From Rhizomicrobium sp. (GTDB taxonomy: Bacteria > Pseudomonadota > Alphaproteobacteria > Micropepsales > Micropepsaceae), in assembly GCA_035943485.1 (NCBI GenBank), contig DASZCC010000427.1, positions 6,460 through 70,459 of the forward strand: a DNA stretch of 64,000 bases, read 5' to 3'. Every line of letters starts with the position of its first letter. Position 1 is the first letter of the stretch. The translations under genes and the position numbers were made by a program. The notes beneath the pieces are model-generated. The model was not told the DNA's origin and did not search any database. It saw only the letters and a program-made list of their open reading frames with translations. Shown in pieces: positions 51,871 to 61,500 of this stretch.

Positions 51871-53388
51871 TCAGGCCAGCGGTTCGTCGAGATAGCGCTT
51901 CTTCAGATGCCGCTTGAGCGCCGCGCCTGAGAGTTTCGCACCGGTCGCCGCCATCACCAGTTCGTCGAATGATTGCAGACTCGCCTTCTCGTGAATGCGC
52001 GGTTTGACCCAGGCGAAGTAGGCCTTGAAGTCGCCCTTCGCGATCGCCGGCAGGATGGTGGTGTCGTCGGCCGTCGCGCGTTCATAGAGTTGCGCCGCCA
52101 GTGACTCGCCGAGCGCGTAGTTCGGGAAGTAGCCGAACAGGCCCGCCGCCCAGTGGATGTCCTGCAGGCAGCCGCGCGTATCGTCTGGCGGCACGCGCCC
52201 GAACAGCTCGCCGAACAGCTCGTTCCACGCACCCGGAATATCGTCGACCGCGAGATCGCCGGACAACAGCGCCTGCTCCAGCCGGTAACGCAGGATCACA
52301 TGCAGCGGGTAGGAGATCTCGTCGGCCTCAACGCGAATGTAGTCGTCGTCGACGCGGCGCATGTAGTTGAGCAGGTTCACCGGTGTCCAGCCGGTCGCGT
52401 CGCCGCCGAGATATTCGTGCAGCAGGCCGGCGAAATGACCGATGAACTCGCGCGAGCGGCCGGCCATCATCTCCAGCATCAGCGACTGGCTTTCATGCGC
52501 GCTCATTCCGCGCGCGAAGCCGACCGGCGAGAAAGCGAGACTGCGCGGCAGGTTCAGCTCGTACATCGAGTGACCCGCTTCGTGCATCGTGGCCATCGTC
52601 GCGTAGCGGAAGTCTTCGGTGTTGAAGCGCGTCGTGAAGCGCACGTCGCCCGGCGAATGCGGCATTGAGAAGGGATGCGGCGCGACATCGATGCGGCTGC
52701 TCTCCGGCGAATGACCGACGACGCGCGCCAGCTTCTCGCACAGCGCCATCTGCTTCGGCACCGAGAAGTCGCCGGTGAACGCGATCGGCGCGGGCCATCC
52801 GGCCTGGCGCTCGCGCACCGCAGCCAGGATCGGCGGCAGGCTGGCGGCGAGATCGTCGAAGATGGGATCGACCTGCGCCATCGTCATGCCGGGATCCATC
52901 TCGTCCATCATCGCGTCGTAGGGCGCGACGCCGAGTGCCGTGCCCTTCGCGGCGCCGATCTCCCGGTTCAGCGCCATCACTTTCTTGAAGCCGGGCGCGA
53001 AGGACTTGAAGTCGTTGTTTGCCTTGGCCTCGACCCACGTCTGCTGCAGCGCCTGTGTCAGCCGCGCCTTCTCGATGACCAGCTCTTTCGGCACCGCGGC
53101 GCGATGCACCCAGAGGCGGCGCATCTCCGCAAGGTTCGCGCGATCCGACGGATCAAGCTTGTCGGCGTAGCCTTGCGCTTCATCGAGAAGCGCGCCGATC
53201 TCCGGCGTGCCGGTGAGATCGTTCGAGACTTCGGCCAGCGCCGCCATCTGCTCGCCGCGCGCCCAGGCGCCGTCCTTAGGCATGTTGGTCTGCGCGTCCC
53301 AGTTGATCAGCATCTCGATGCTCTCGAGCTTGCAGGACAGCGCGAATTTCGCGGCGGCGCGCGCGTAGGGATCGGCCTGAGAGGACAT
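51871..53388 (-). CDS. Carboxypeptidase M32 (Taq-like)
   Basis: HPF, DVRFTTR, HEAGH (HEXXH), HESQS, IRVEADE, GCLQDIHW, GYFPNYALG. Confidence 0.95.
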   Translation of the reverse strand: MSSQADPYARAAAKFALSCKLESIEMLINWDAQTNMPKDGAWARGEQMAALAEVSNDLTGTPEIGALLDEAQGYADKLDPSDRANLAEMRRLWVHRAAVPKELVIEKARLTQALQQTWVEAKANNDFKSFAPGFKKVMALNREIGAAKGTALGVAPYDAMMDEMDPGMTMAQVDPIFDDLAASLPPILAAVRERQAGWPAPIAFTGDFSVPKQMALCEKLARVVGHSPESSRIDVAPHPFSMPHSPGDVRFTTRFNTEDFRYATMATMHEAGHSMYELNLPRSLAFSPVGFARGMSAHESQSLMLEMMAGRSREFIGHFAGLLHEYLGGDATGWTPVNLLNYMRRVDDDYIRVEADEISYPLHVILRYRLEQALLSGDLAVDDIPGAWNELFGELFGRVPPDDTRGCLQDIHWAAGLFGYFPNYALGESLAAQLYERATADDTTILPAIAKGDFKAYFAWVKPRIHEKASLQSFDELVMAATGAKLSGAALKRHLKKRYLDEPLA

Positions 53389-53433
53389 GGAACGGCCCTG
53401 AGGATTGCGGGCCGATCTTACAGAAACGGAGGT

Positions 53434-53853
53434 TCAGATCACCATCTGGGTCTGGGTCACCATCGCGACCAATTTGCCGTCTTCGCGCGTGACGCGCGTC
53501 TGCCAGACCGAGCTGCGGCTTCCGATGTGCAGCGGGATCGCCTCGGCCAGGATCGGTTCGCCCTTCTTCGGTGCGCTGATGTAGTTGGTCTTGGTTTCGA
53601 TCGTCGTCGTGGCGGCGCCTTCCGGCAGATTGAGGAACGCGCCCTGCGAGGCACAGATGTCGGCAAGCGCCGTGATCGCCGCGCCGTGCAAAGTCTCGCC
53701 CGAGCGGCAGAGTTCGTTGCGCGCTTCCATGCGGCCGACGACGCGGGTGGGGCTGGTCTCGGTCAGCGTGACGCCGAGAAACTGCGGGAAGGGCTGGTCG
53801 ACCGGCGTCTTCTTTTTCTTGGGCTCTTCCACGTCGTTCGCAGGTATCGGCAT
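53434..53853 (-). CDS. PaaI family hotdog-fold thioesterase
   Basis: LHGAAITALAD, TTTIETKTNY, HIGSRSSVWQTRV. True start placed at MPIPAND; the longer ORF is an antisense extension. Confidence 0.88.
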   Translation of the reverse strand: MPIPANDVEEPKKKKTPVDQPFPQFLGVTLTETSPTRVVGRMEARNELCRSGETLHGAAITALADICASQGAFLNLPEGAATTTIETKTNYISAPKKGEPILAEAIPLHIGSRSSVWQTRVTREDGKLVAMVTQTQMVI

Positions 53854-53967
53854 CGGCGGAATAATTACGCGGATCATCACGCGACTCCCAAAACGAGACA
53901 GGTACAATTCCTGCGAGAGAGCCGGTGCACGACCCATGCCTGTCCCAATCTGAGCGGAATTTTGCCC

Positions 53968-56604
53968 GTGTTGCATCGTCTGGCGTCCCCCTGGATCAAT
54001 CAGTCCACCCACCCCCTGGACTGGAATGGTCCGACAGATCGTCCCTTTGCGGCCTGGACCGATGCGGATCTCGAAGTTCCTGTCGCGGTGTTGTTCGAGC
54101 GCGTGGCCGCGCGCCATGCGGACCGGATCGCCGTCGATGACGGGACGGTGCAGCTGACCTATGTGGATCTGCTGTCGGCGGCGCGTGCGCTGGGAATGCG
54201 CCTGGCGCGGGAGACGGCGCCGGAAGAACTGATCGGCATCCTGCTTCCGACCTCCGCCGACTTCATCGTCGCGATGCTGGGTTGTCTGTTTGCGGGACGC
54301 ATCTTCGTGCCGCTCGATCTACATTATCCGAAAGCCTGGATCGCCAATGTGCTGGCCGATGCCAAACCCGGCGCCATCATCGGCGGCGAGGCCGAGATCG
54401 ACGAACTTGTCTCGCCGGACATTCGCCGCATCGCGGTGCGCGGCATCGCCGAGATTCATCCCCTCGAACAATCCGGCCCGGATGCACCGACAGTGGTTCT
54501 CTTTACATCGGGCAGCACGGGACGTCCCAAGGGCATCGTCAACAGCCAGCGCGCGCTGCTGCGCCGCGTCCAGCAATACGTCAACGCCGCGCATGTGAAC
54601 GAGACCGATCGCTTCCTGCCGCTGAGTTCCGAATGCACGATCGCGGGTCTGCGCGAACGCATCACTGCGCTGCTCACCGGCGCTACACTCGAACTCGTCG
54701 GCGTTCAGCAGGCTGGCGCTCGCGGCATCCTCGATCGCCTTGACGGCGTGACGATGATCTACGCGGTCCCGGCACTGCTGCGCACACTGATGCCGCTTGG
54801 TCCTGCGCCGTCATCATTGCGCGTGGTGCGTGTCGGTGGCGAGGCGGTGCTGTGGAGCGACGTCGAAGCACTGCGCAGCTGGCTGCCCCAGGACTGTCTC
54901 ATCGAACTCGGCTACAGCTCGACCGAGGCGCCGATCATGCAATGGTTCGTGCCCAAGAACGCGCAGCACACAGATGTCCGCGTGCCGCTTGGCCATCCAT
55001 TGCACGGCAACGCGCTCGCCATCGTCGATGCTGCCGACCGTTCAGTGACACCTGGCGAGACCGGCGAACTCGTAGTGCGCAGTCCTTACGTCGCGCTGGG
55101 CCATTGGAGAGATGGCGCCTGCAACGGCGACGCGTTTCCACCGGATCCCTCGGACCCATCAGCGCGCATACTTCTGACAGGCGATCTTGTGCGTCTGGGT
55201 GACGACGGGTTGATTGCACTGGTCGGTCGCAAGGACCGCCAGATCAAGATCCGTGGTCAGCGCGTCGAGCCGGCCGAACTGGAAGCTGCACTGCGCGCCG
55301 AACTGCCGGTGCGCGAGGCGGCGGTCTATCCGCGCGCCGTTGGTCGCTCACATTGGCTGATCGCCTATGTTGAAGTAGCGGGCGAAGCCGAATGCGTTGT
55401 GACACGCATCAAAGACTCGCTGCGAGGCACGCTTCCCTTCGCGCTGCAGCCGCAACGTATACACGCGATCCCGTCCATTCCGAGGCTTGCAAGCGGCAAG
55501 CTGGATATGGCGGCGCTGGCGGCGCTGGACGCGGAATACCAGCTGCTGGAAGTCACGAACGACAAGCCGGTCGAAGCAAGGTTGCTGGGCGAAACAGAAG
55601 AGATCATCGCCGGAATCTGGCGGCGGCTGTTCGCACGCGACGCAATCGACCGGAAGAGCGACTTCTTCGATCTCGGCGGCGACTCGTTGATGACGATCAA
55701 CCTGATGTTCGAGATCGAGCAGACGCTGGCGGTCAGCCTCCCGGTCACTGCAATCTATGACGCACCGACAATCGCCGGCCTCGCGGCGCTCGTCGATGGC
55801 AATGCGGAGACCTTCTTCTCGCCACTGGTGAAGATCAGCGACGGCATCGGCGATCCGCTGTTCATCGTTCACGGCGTCGGCGGCAATGTGATGGAGCTGT
55901 TCGGTTTCGGCCGCGCTATCGGCGGTGGTCCGGTCTATGGGCTGCAGGCACTGGGCGTCGACGGCAACGCTGCGCCATTGGATGATGTAGTGGAGATGGC
56001 GTCCCTCTATCTCGAAGCGATCCAGGATATTTATCCGATCGGGCCATACCATCTTGCCGGCTATTCCTCCGGCGGGCTGATCGCATTCGAGATGGCGCGC
56101 ATGCTCGGTAAAGAAGAGGTTGGTTCGCTGACGCTCATCGACAGCCAGACCAATGAACGGCAATGGCCTTTGCGCGCCTGGCTCGGGCTCCTGCTCGCAA
56201 GGGCGCGCCATCATGTGACAGCGTTACGGGCGATGCCGATGCAGGATCGCTTGCGTCACATCATGCGCGCAATCACGTCGCTGACCCATCATGTGCTGTG
56301 GCGCACGTCGATGGAGCAGACCCCACACATCCCCGATGCCGGACCGCAAACCAGTCCCGTGCTGGAGGCAGTGTTCCAGGCCACGTTGCGGGCCGTCACG
56401 CGATACAGGCCCGGGCGCTATCGCGGTGCAGTGACTTTGCTGCTGCCGGCGATCGCCGATCCCTATCGGGCCGATCCGCAGTTGATCTGGCGGAATCGCG
56501 CAGCGGCGTTGGCAGTGCATGTGGTTGCGGGCGACCATCGCACCATGATCCGGGATGCCAACGGCTCGGAGGTTGCCGCGGTGCTGGGGGCCCTGCGACA
56601 CTAA
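53968..56604 (+). CDS. Stand-alone NRPS-like enzyme: adenylation - carrier (T) - thioesterase
   Basis: A3 FTSGSTGRPKG, A6 GELVVRSPYVALG, A7 TGDL, A8 GRKDRQIKIRGQRVE, A10 SGKLD; T domain FFDLGGDSL; TE HGVGG, GYSSGG, GDH. Start (GTG 53968) approximate. Confidence 0.88.
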   Translation: MLHRLASPWINQSTHPLDWNGPTDRPFAAWTDADLEVPVAVLFERVAARHADRIAVDDGTVQLTYVDLLSAARALGMRLARETAPEELIGILLPTSADFIVAMLGCLFAGRIFVPLDLHYPKAWIANVLADAKPGAIIGGEAEIDELVSPDIRRIAVRGIAEIHPLEQSGPDAPTVVLFTSGSTGRPKGIVNSQRALLRRVQQYVNAAHVNETDRFLPLSSECTIAGLRERITALLTGATLELVGVQQAGARGILDRLDGVTMIYAVPALLRTLMPLGPAPSSLRVVRVGGEAVLWSDVEALRSWLPQDCLIELGYSSTEAPIMQWFVPKNAQHTDVRVPLGHPLHGNALAIVDAADRSVTPGETGELVVRSPYVALGHWRDGACNGDAFPPDPSDPSARILLTGDLVRLGDDGLIALVGRKDRQIKIRGQRVEPAELEAALRAELPVREAAVYPRAVGRSHWLIAYVEVAGEAECVVTRIKDSLRGTLPFALQPQRIHAIPSIPRLASGKLDMAALAALDAEYQLLEVTNDKPVEARLLGETEEIIAGIWRRLFARDAIDRKSDFFDLGGDSLMTINLMFEIEQTLAVSLPVTAIYDAPTIAGLAALVDGNAETFFSPLVKISDGIGDPLFIVHGVGGNVMELFGFGRAIGGGPVYGLQALGVDGNAAPLDDVVEMASLYLEAIQDIYPIGPYHLAGYSSGGLIAFEMARMLGKEEVGSLTLIDSQTNERQWPLRAWLGLLLARARHHVTALRAMPMQDRLRHIMRAITSLTHHVLWRTSMEQTPHIPDAGPQTSPVLEAVFQATLRAVTRYRPGRYRGAVTLLLPAIADPYRADPQLIWRNRAAALAVHVVAGDHRTMIRDANGSEVAAVLGALRH

Positions 56605-56860
56605 CCGGAATGGGTTGCTGCACATTATATTCCGGACACGGAGAAAATCTGCCGCCTGGATGTCGCCGGGACGCTCAGGAGCAAGCCGGACGCCCCGAAC
56701 CAGCATAGTATGTTCGCACTACGCAAAAGAGCGGCTGCCCTGTCACAAGAACCCCAATTCGGGCTTCTTCTTATCCATTTGTTGCATTGCAAAAAGTGAA
56801 GCAGATTGTGGTGCGCGTCGGTTGCGGGCAATAAGCGTTGCGGGTCGGGGGACGTTTCCG

Positions 56861-58573
56861 TTGAGTATCAGTGCAGTAGTGTTCAAGCACAGGCGGGCGG
56901 CGTGGCTGCTCGGTACGATTGTGACATTCGCCATTCCGGCGCAGTCGCAAGTCCTGCCAGGTGCGGTCCAGCCCGGCCGTGATCGGGTCGGCCCGGCACT
57001 CCCGGCACAGCCCGATTTCGATTTCAGTATCGTGGCGCCGCATCGCTCGGCGGTGCCACGTGCTGTCGACGAGGTCCATTTCAAGCTCGCCGGCCTGAAG
57101 ATTACCGGCGCGACTACGATACCGGCCGACTTCTTCCATCCCTTCTACGAGAGCAAGATCGGCAAGGACGTTACGCTTGTCGACATCCTCGATGTCGCTG
57201 ACCGCATCGAAGCCGAGTACCGCAAGCGCGGCTATCTGCTGGTGCGCGCCTATGTGCCGCCCCAGCGTGTGAAGGACGGCATCTTTACGATCAATGTCGT
57301 TGAAGGCCGGCTGGATAACGTCACCGTGCAGGGCGGTGACGATACGACACGTGATCTGATCAAAGACTATCTCGCGCCGGCCGTCGCCAGCCATCCGGTC
57401 ACGTTGCCGGCTATGGAGCGCGGTCTGCTCCTTACGAACGATATTCCCGGTATCTCCGCTACTGGCGTTCTCAGACCGTCACCCAATACGCCCGGCGCCT
57501 CCGATCTCGTCGTGGATGTGCTGCAACCCTGGATCGAAGGCGGACTCGCGGCCGACAACCGCGGCTCGCGCTTCTCGGGCCTGTGGACCATGCAGGGCGA
57601 TGTGGAGTTCAACGACATATTCGGCGCTGACCAGCTGGCAGCGACGCTGACGTTCTCGCCGGATTCCTTTCAGGAGCAGATTGCGGGCCAGGCGCGTTAC
57701 CGCCGCGCCATCGGTGATGACGGCCTGATCGGAAGCATGATCGTCACTGTCACGCACGGTGAGCCGGGCTCGACACTGGCGGCCTTCGACGTGCTGACGG
57801 ACAGCTGGGCGGTAGGCCCGCGTCTGACATATCCGCTGATCCGGAGCAGGTCGGAGACGCTGCTGCTGGATGGCGGCTTCACGGTGCAGGAAGCCAATGT
57901 GAATTCGCTCGGCACGGGGCTCAGCCACGACAACTGGCGCGTGCTCGACATGGGCGGCTCGTACCAGCGCAACGGCCTGTTGGGCGACGGCAGCGTGTGG
58001 ACCTCGACGTTTGATGTTGCGCAGGGATTGCCGATCTTCGGCGCCACGGACAACCACTCACCTGAGTTGTCGCGTGTCGGCGGTTTGACCGATTTCACCA
58101 AAGTCACAGGATTCTCGCGCCTATCGATCCCGCTCGTCGATACATTCGGTGTCGTATTCTCGGCGCAGGGCCAATACTCGTTCGTTCCCCTGATCACCGG
58201 CGAGCAGATCGCATTCGGCGGAACGCAGATCGGCCGTGGCTACGATCCGGGCGCGATCACCGGCGACCACGGCCTCGGCGGTTCGGCGGAGCTTCGCTAC
58301 GACTGGCGTGTACCGACCAATGACGTCCTGCAGCTGCTCGAGCCGTATGTTTATATCGACGGCGCGCGCACCTGGTACATCCAGCGCGGACCGGCGATCG
58401 ATCCTTCGCTGATAAATGCCAATATCGCGTCTGTCGGTGGCGGCCTGCGCTACTGGTTCCCCTACAACATCACGGCCGGCACCGAAGTCGCGCGCACCAT
58501 GAATGCGGTGCCGGGCAGCGATGGCGGGCGCATGGCCACCAAATTCCTCGTCGACCTCTCCGTGCGTTACTAG
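56861..58573 (+). CDS. TpsB (ShlB/FhaC/HecB) two-partner secretion outer-membrane transporter
   Basis: POTRA-like YRKRGYLLVRAYVPPQ..VVEG, DNRGSRFSG, GRGYDPG (VRGY-equivalent), GDHG, C-terminal aromatic residue. Start uncertain. Confidence 0.9.
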   Translation: MSISAVVFKHRRAAWLLGTIVTFAIPAQSQVLPGAVQPGRDRVGPALPAQPDFDFSIVAPHRSAVPRAVDEVHFKLAGLKITGATTIPADFFHPFYESKIGKDVTLVDILDVADRIEAEYRKRGYLLVRAYVPPQRVKDGIFTINVVEGRLDNVTVQGGDDTTRDLIKDYLAPAVASHPVTLPAMERGLLLTNDIPGISATGVLRPSPNTPGASDLVVDVLQPWIEGGLAADNRGSRFSGLWTMQGDVEFNDIFGADQLAATLTFSPDSFQEQIAGQARYRRAIGDDGLIGSMIVTVTHGEPGSTLAAFDVLTDSWAVGPRLTYPLIRSRSETLLLDGGFTVQEANVNSLGTGLSHDNWRVLDMGGSYQRNGLLGDGSVWTSTFDVAQGLPIFGATDNHSPELSRVGGLTDFTKVTGFSRLSIPLVDTFGVVFSAQGQYSFVPLITGEQIAFGGTQIGRGYDPGAITGDHGLGGSAELRYDWRVPTNDVLQLLEPYVYIDGARTWYIQRGPAIDPSLINANIASVGGGLRYWFPYNITAGTEVARTMNAVPGSDGGRMATKFLVDLSVRY

Positions 58574-58584
58574 GAAACGGGTTC

Positions 58585-61500
58585 ATGAACAGCACCAGTG
58601 CAGCCATCGTTCGCTCCCTTCTGCTGGGGACGAGCTGCCTGTCTGTTGTGTCGATGGTGCCGGCCCACGCGCAGCCGGGCGGCGGCACGGTCGCTGCTGG
58701 TCACGCCACGATCGCCGGCGGCGCCAACCTTACGACGATCAACCAGACGACCAACAAGGCCGTCATCAACTGGCAGAGCTTCTCGGTCGCGGCCGGTGGC
58801 ACGGTGCAGTTCAACCAACCTGGCGCAAAATCGGTCACGCTGAATCGGGTGACGGGAACGGACCCGTCAGCCATCAACGGCGCAGTCAACGCCAATGGTC
58901 AGGTCTGGATCATCAACGGCAACGGCATCCTGTTCGGCAAGGGCGCGCAGGTGAATGTCGGCGGCCTGATCGCGACGACATCGGATATCGCCGACGGCGA
59001 TTTCATGAGCGGCACGAACAATTTCTCAGGGGGCACAAGTGCCTCTGTCGTGAATCAGGGCACGATACGTGCGAAGAATGGCGGGTCAGTCGTTCTCTCG
59101 TCGGCACACGTTTCGAACGAAGGCCTCATCCAGGCGGATGCCGGTTCGGTCGTACTGGGTGGGGCCTCTGCGTTCACCGTCGATTTCGACGGCGACAATC
59201 TGCTGCGCTACGCAATTACTGCGCCGGCAGATCAGGCGAGCGTCGCCAACTCCGGCGCCATCCAGGCCAACAGCGGCGGCCATGTCATCCTGACTGCGCG
59301 CGCGGCAGAGGCTGTCGCCGACAATGTCGTGAACAATTCGGGCATGATCTCGGCCACCAGCGCCAAGTCCGAGAACGGCGAAGTCGTTCTCGACGCGGGC
59401 CAGGGTGGCACGGTCAATGTGTCGGGCAATGTCACGGCCACGGGCAACGGCCAGGGCCAGACCGGCGGCACGGTCGCCATCACCGGTTCGACTGTGCGGG
59501 TCGCGGACAACGCAACGATCGATGCATCGGGCAGTGCCGGCGGCGGCACCGTGAACATCGGTGGCAACGCGCACGGGCAAGGCCCTCTGCAGAATGCCGA
59601 CAACACCAGCGTCGGCGATGCCACGATCAGGGTCGATGCCACACGCACAGGCAATGGCGGCACGCTGGTCGTGTGGTCGAACGGCCTCACGGACTTCTCC
59701 GGCATCGTCAGCGCGATCGGCGGTGCGGTTTCGGGCAATGGCGGATTTGTCGAAACATCGGGGCATCATCTAAACGTCGCGCCAACCGCAACGGTCGACA
59801 CGCACGCGCCGAAGGGCAGCACTGGCACTTGGCTGCTCGACCCCGACGATCTGATCATTCAGACGGGCGGCTCGGGTACGCTGAACGGCGGCAATATCCT
59901 GCTCACCGATAATCCCGGTGGGACCACCGTCGTCGATCCGGCGACCATCACCACGGCACTTGCGACGACGGACGTCACACTGGAAGCTGCGCAACAGCTG
60001 AACGTCGTTGATCCGGTCGTCTACACCAGTTCGCATGCGTTGAACCTGCTGTCGGAAGGCACGGTCTCTGTCGACAACAGCGTCCAGAATGCGGGCACCG
60101 GTGCGATCACGATCGTCGCCGGCTGGAACGGCACGACGGCTCCTGGCGCGATCGTGGCGACGCCAGGATCGTATGGAAGCCTCGACGTCAACGGAACTCC
60201 ACGTGCGCTTACGCTCAGCTCGGGTGAAGGTGGACCGGACGTCGAGGTCGGCAGCAAGGGTGGGTTGACGACCATTGCCGGCGGCAACGTCGATCTCACG
60301 AATTTCGGCAACGGCACCGTACAGATCGGTTATCACGGGGCGGACGCTACAGGTGCCATCGTTGTTCGTGGGACAGGTGAAGTCTTGCTGGATGGCAATG
60401 TCGGTAATGTGCTCATCGGCAACGGCTCGCCGGGCGGCGATGTGACAGGCCCGATCAGCGGCGACATCGATGTGCGCAGCGCCGGCACGATCGACCTCAA
60501 CCAGTCCAGCGGCACCGCCTGGGTCGGAAATCGCACAGGCACCGCAAACGCAGAAACCGGCGACGTCATCATGATCGCCGGCGACAATAACTCGACCAGC
60601 AACGTCGATATCACCACACTGATTGCGGCCGACCTCCAGGGTGGCAACTTCCTACTCGGCAGCACCGACACGACTCCGACGGAAGTGGCGGCGCTCAGCT
60701 ACTCGAGCACGCATACGCTTTCGCTGCTTGCTGCCGGTGATCTCGACGTCAGCGGCGATGTGCTGAATTCCGGCACGGGCGCGATCAATCTCGTGGCCGG
60801 CTGGGACGGCACAACGGTTGCGCCGGCGAGCTTCGGTAACCCCGGCGCGTTCGGCCTGAACGGAGCGATACTTGCTGTAGGTGGCAGTTCGGCCACCGGC
60901 GCTGCGGCAGTCGGCAGTGCAGGCGGTGCGACATCGGCTTTTGGCGCTGACGTTGACGTGGACGCCGCCAATGCCAGTGCGCAACTCGGCTACCGCGGCG
61001 CAGGCACCGGCGCCATCACCGTGCAGGCCACAGACTCGGTCGGTGTGATTGCAGAGGCCTCGAACGCTTTTGCAGTGATTGGCAATGGCGATGTCGGTAC
61101 TAGCGCGCACGGCGCGATCACTATCCTGGCGCCCAACGGTGTCAGCGTTGCCGCCACCGGTACATCCGATGCGGCCAAGATCGGCAACGGCCTGAACAAC
61201 TCCAGCGGGACAGTCGGCGGTCATATCCTGATCGCGGCCGGAACGGGCACAGTTGGCGTCGTGAATACAGGCAATTCCGGCTATGCGCAGATCGGCAATG
61301 GTGGCGACGGCAATACCGGCAACATCTCAGGCGTCGTGACTGTCAATGCCGGCGACGTCGTTGTCTCGACCTCCGGCTCGAACGAGTTCGCCTTCATCGG
61401 CAACGGCAATGCGCACAGCACGGGTACGGTGACCGGCGACGTCAACGTGACTGCCACGACGGTCTCGCTCGTGGCCGGTGGCGACATCCAGACCGTGAAG

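Noticed and set aside
52675-53967. N-terminal 431 aa of the 1309-aa ORF, suggesting a giant fusion NRPS
   Set aside because: This stretch is the antisense shadow of the M32 carboxypeptidase and PaaI genes. It is Arg/Gly-rich with no domain motifs; the recognisable A domain begins only after about 53970.
56747-56770. Hairpin between the NRPS-like gene and tpsB as a terminator
   Set aside because: Short imperfect stem without a clean U-tract; insufficient support.
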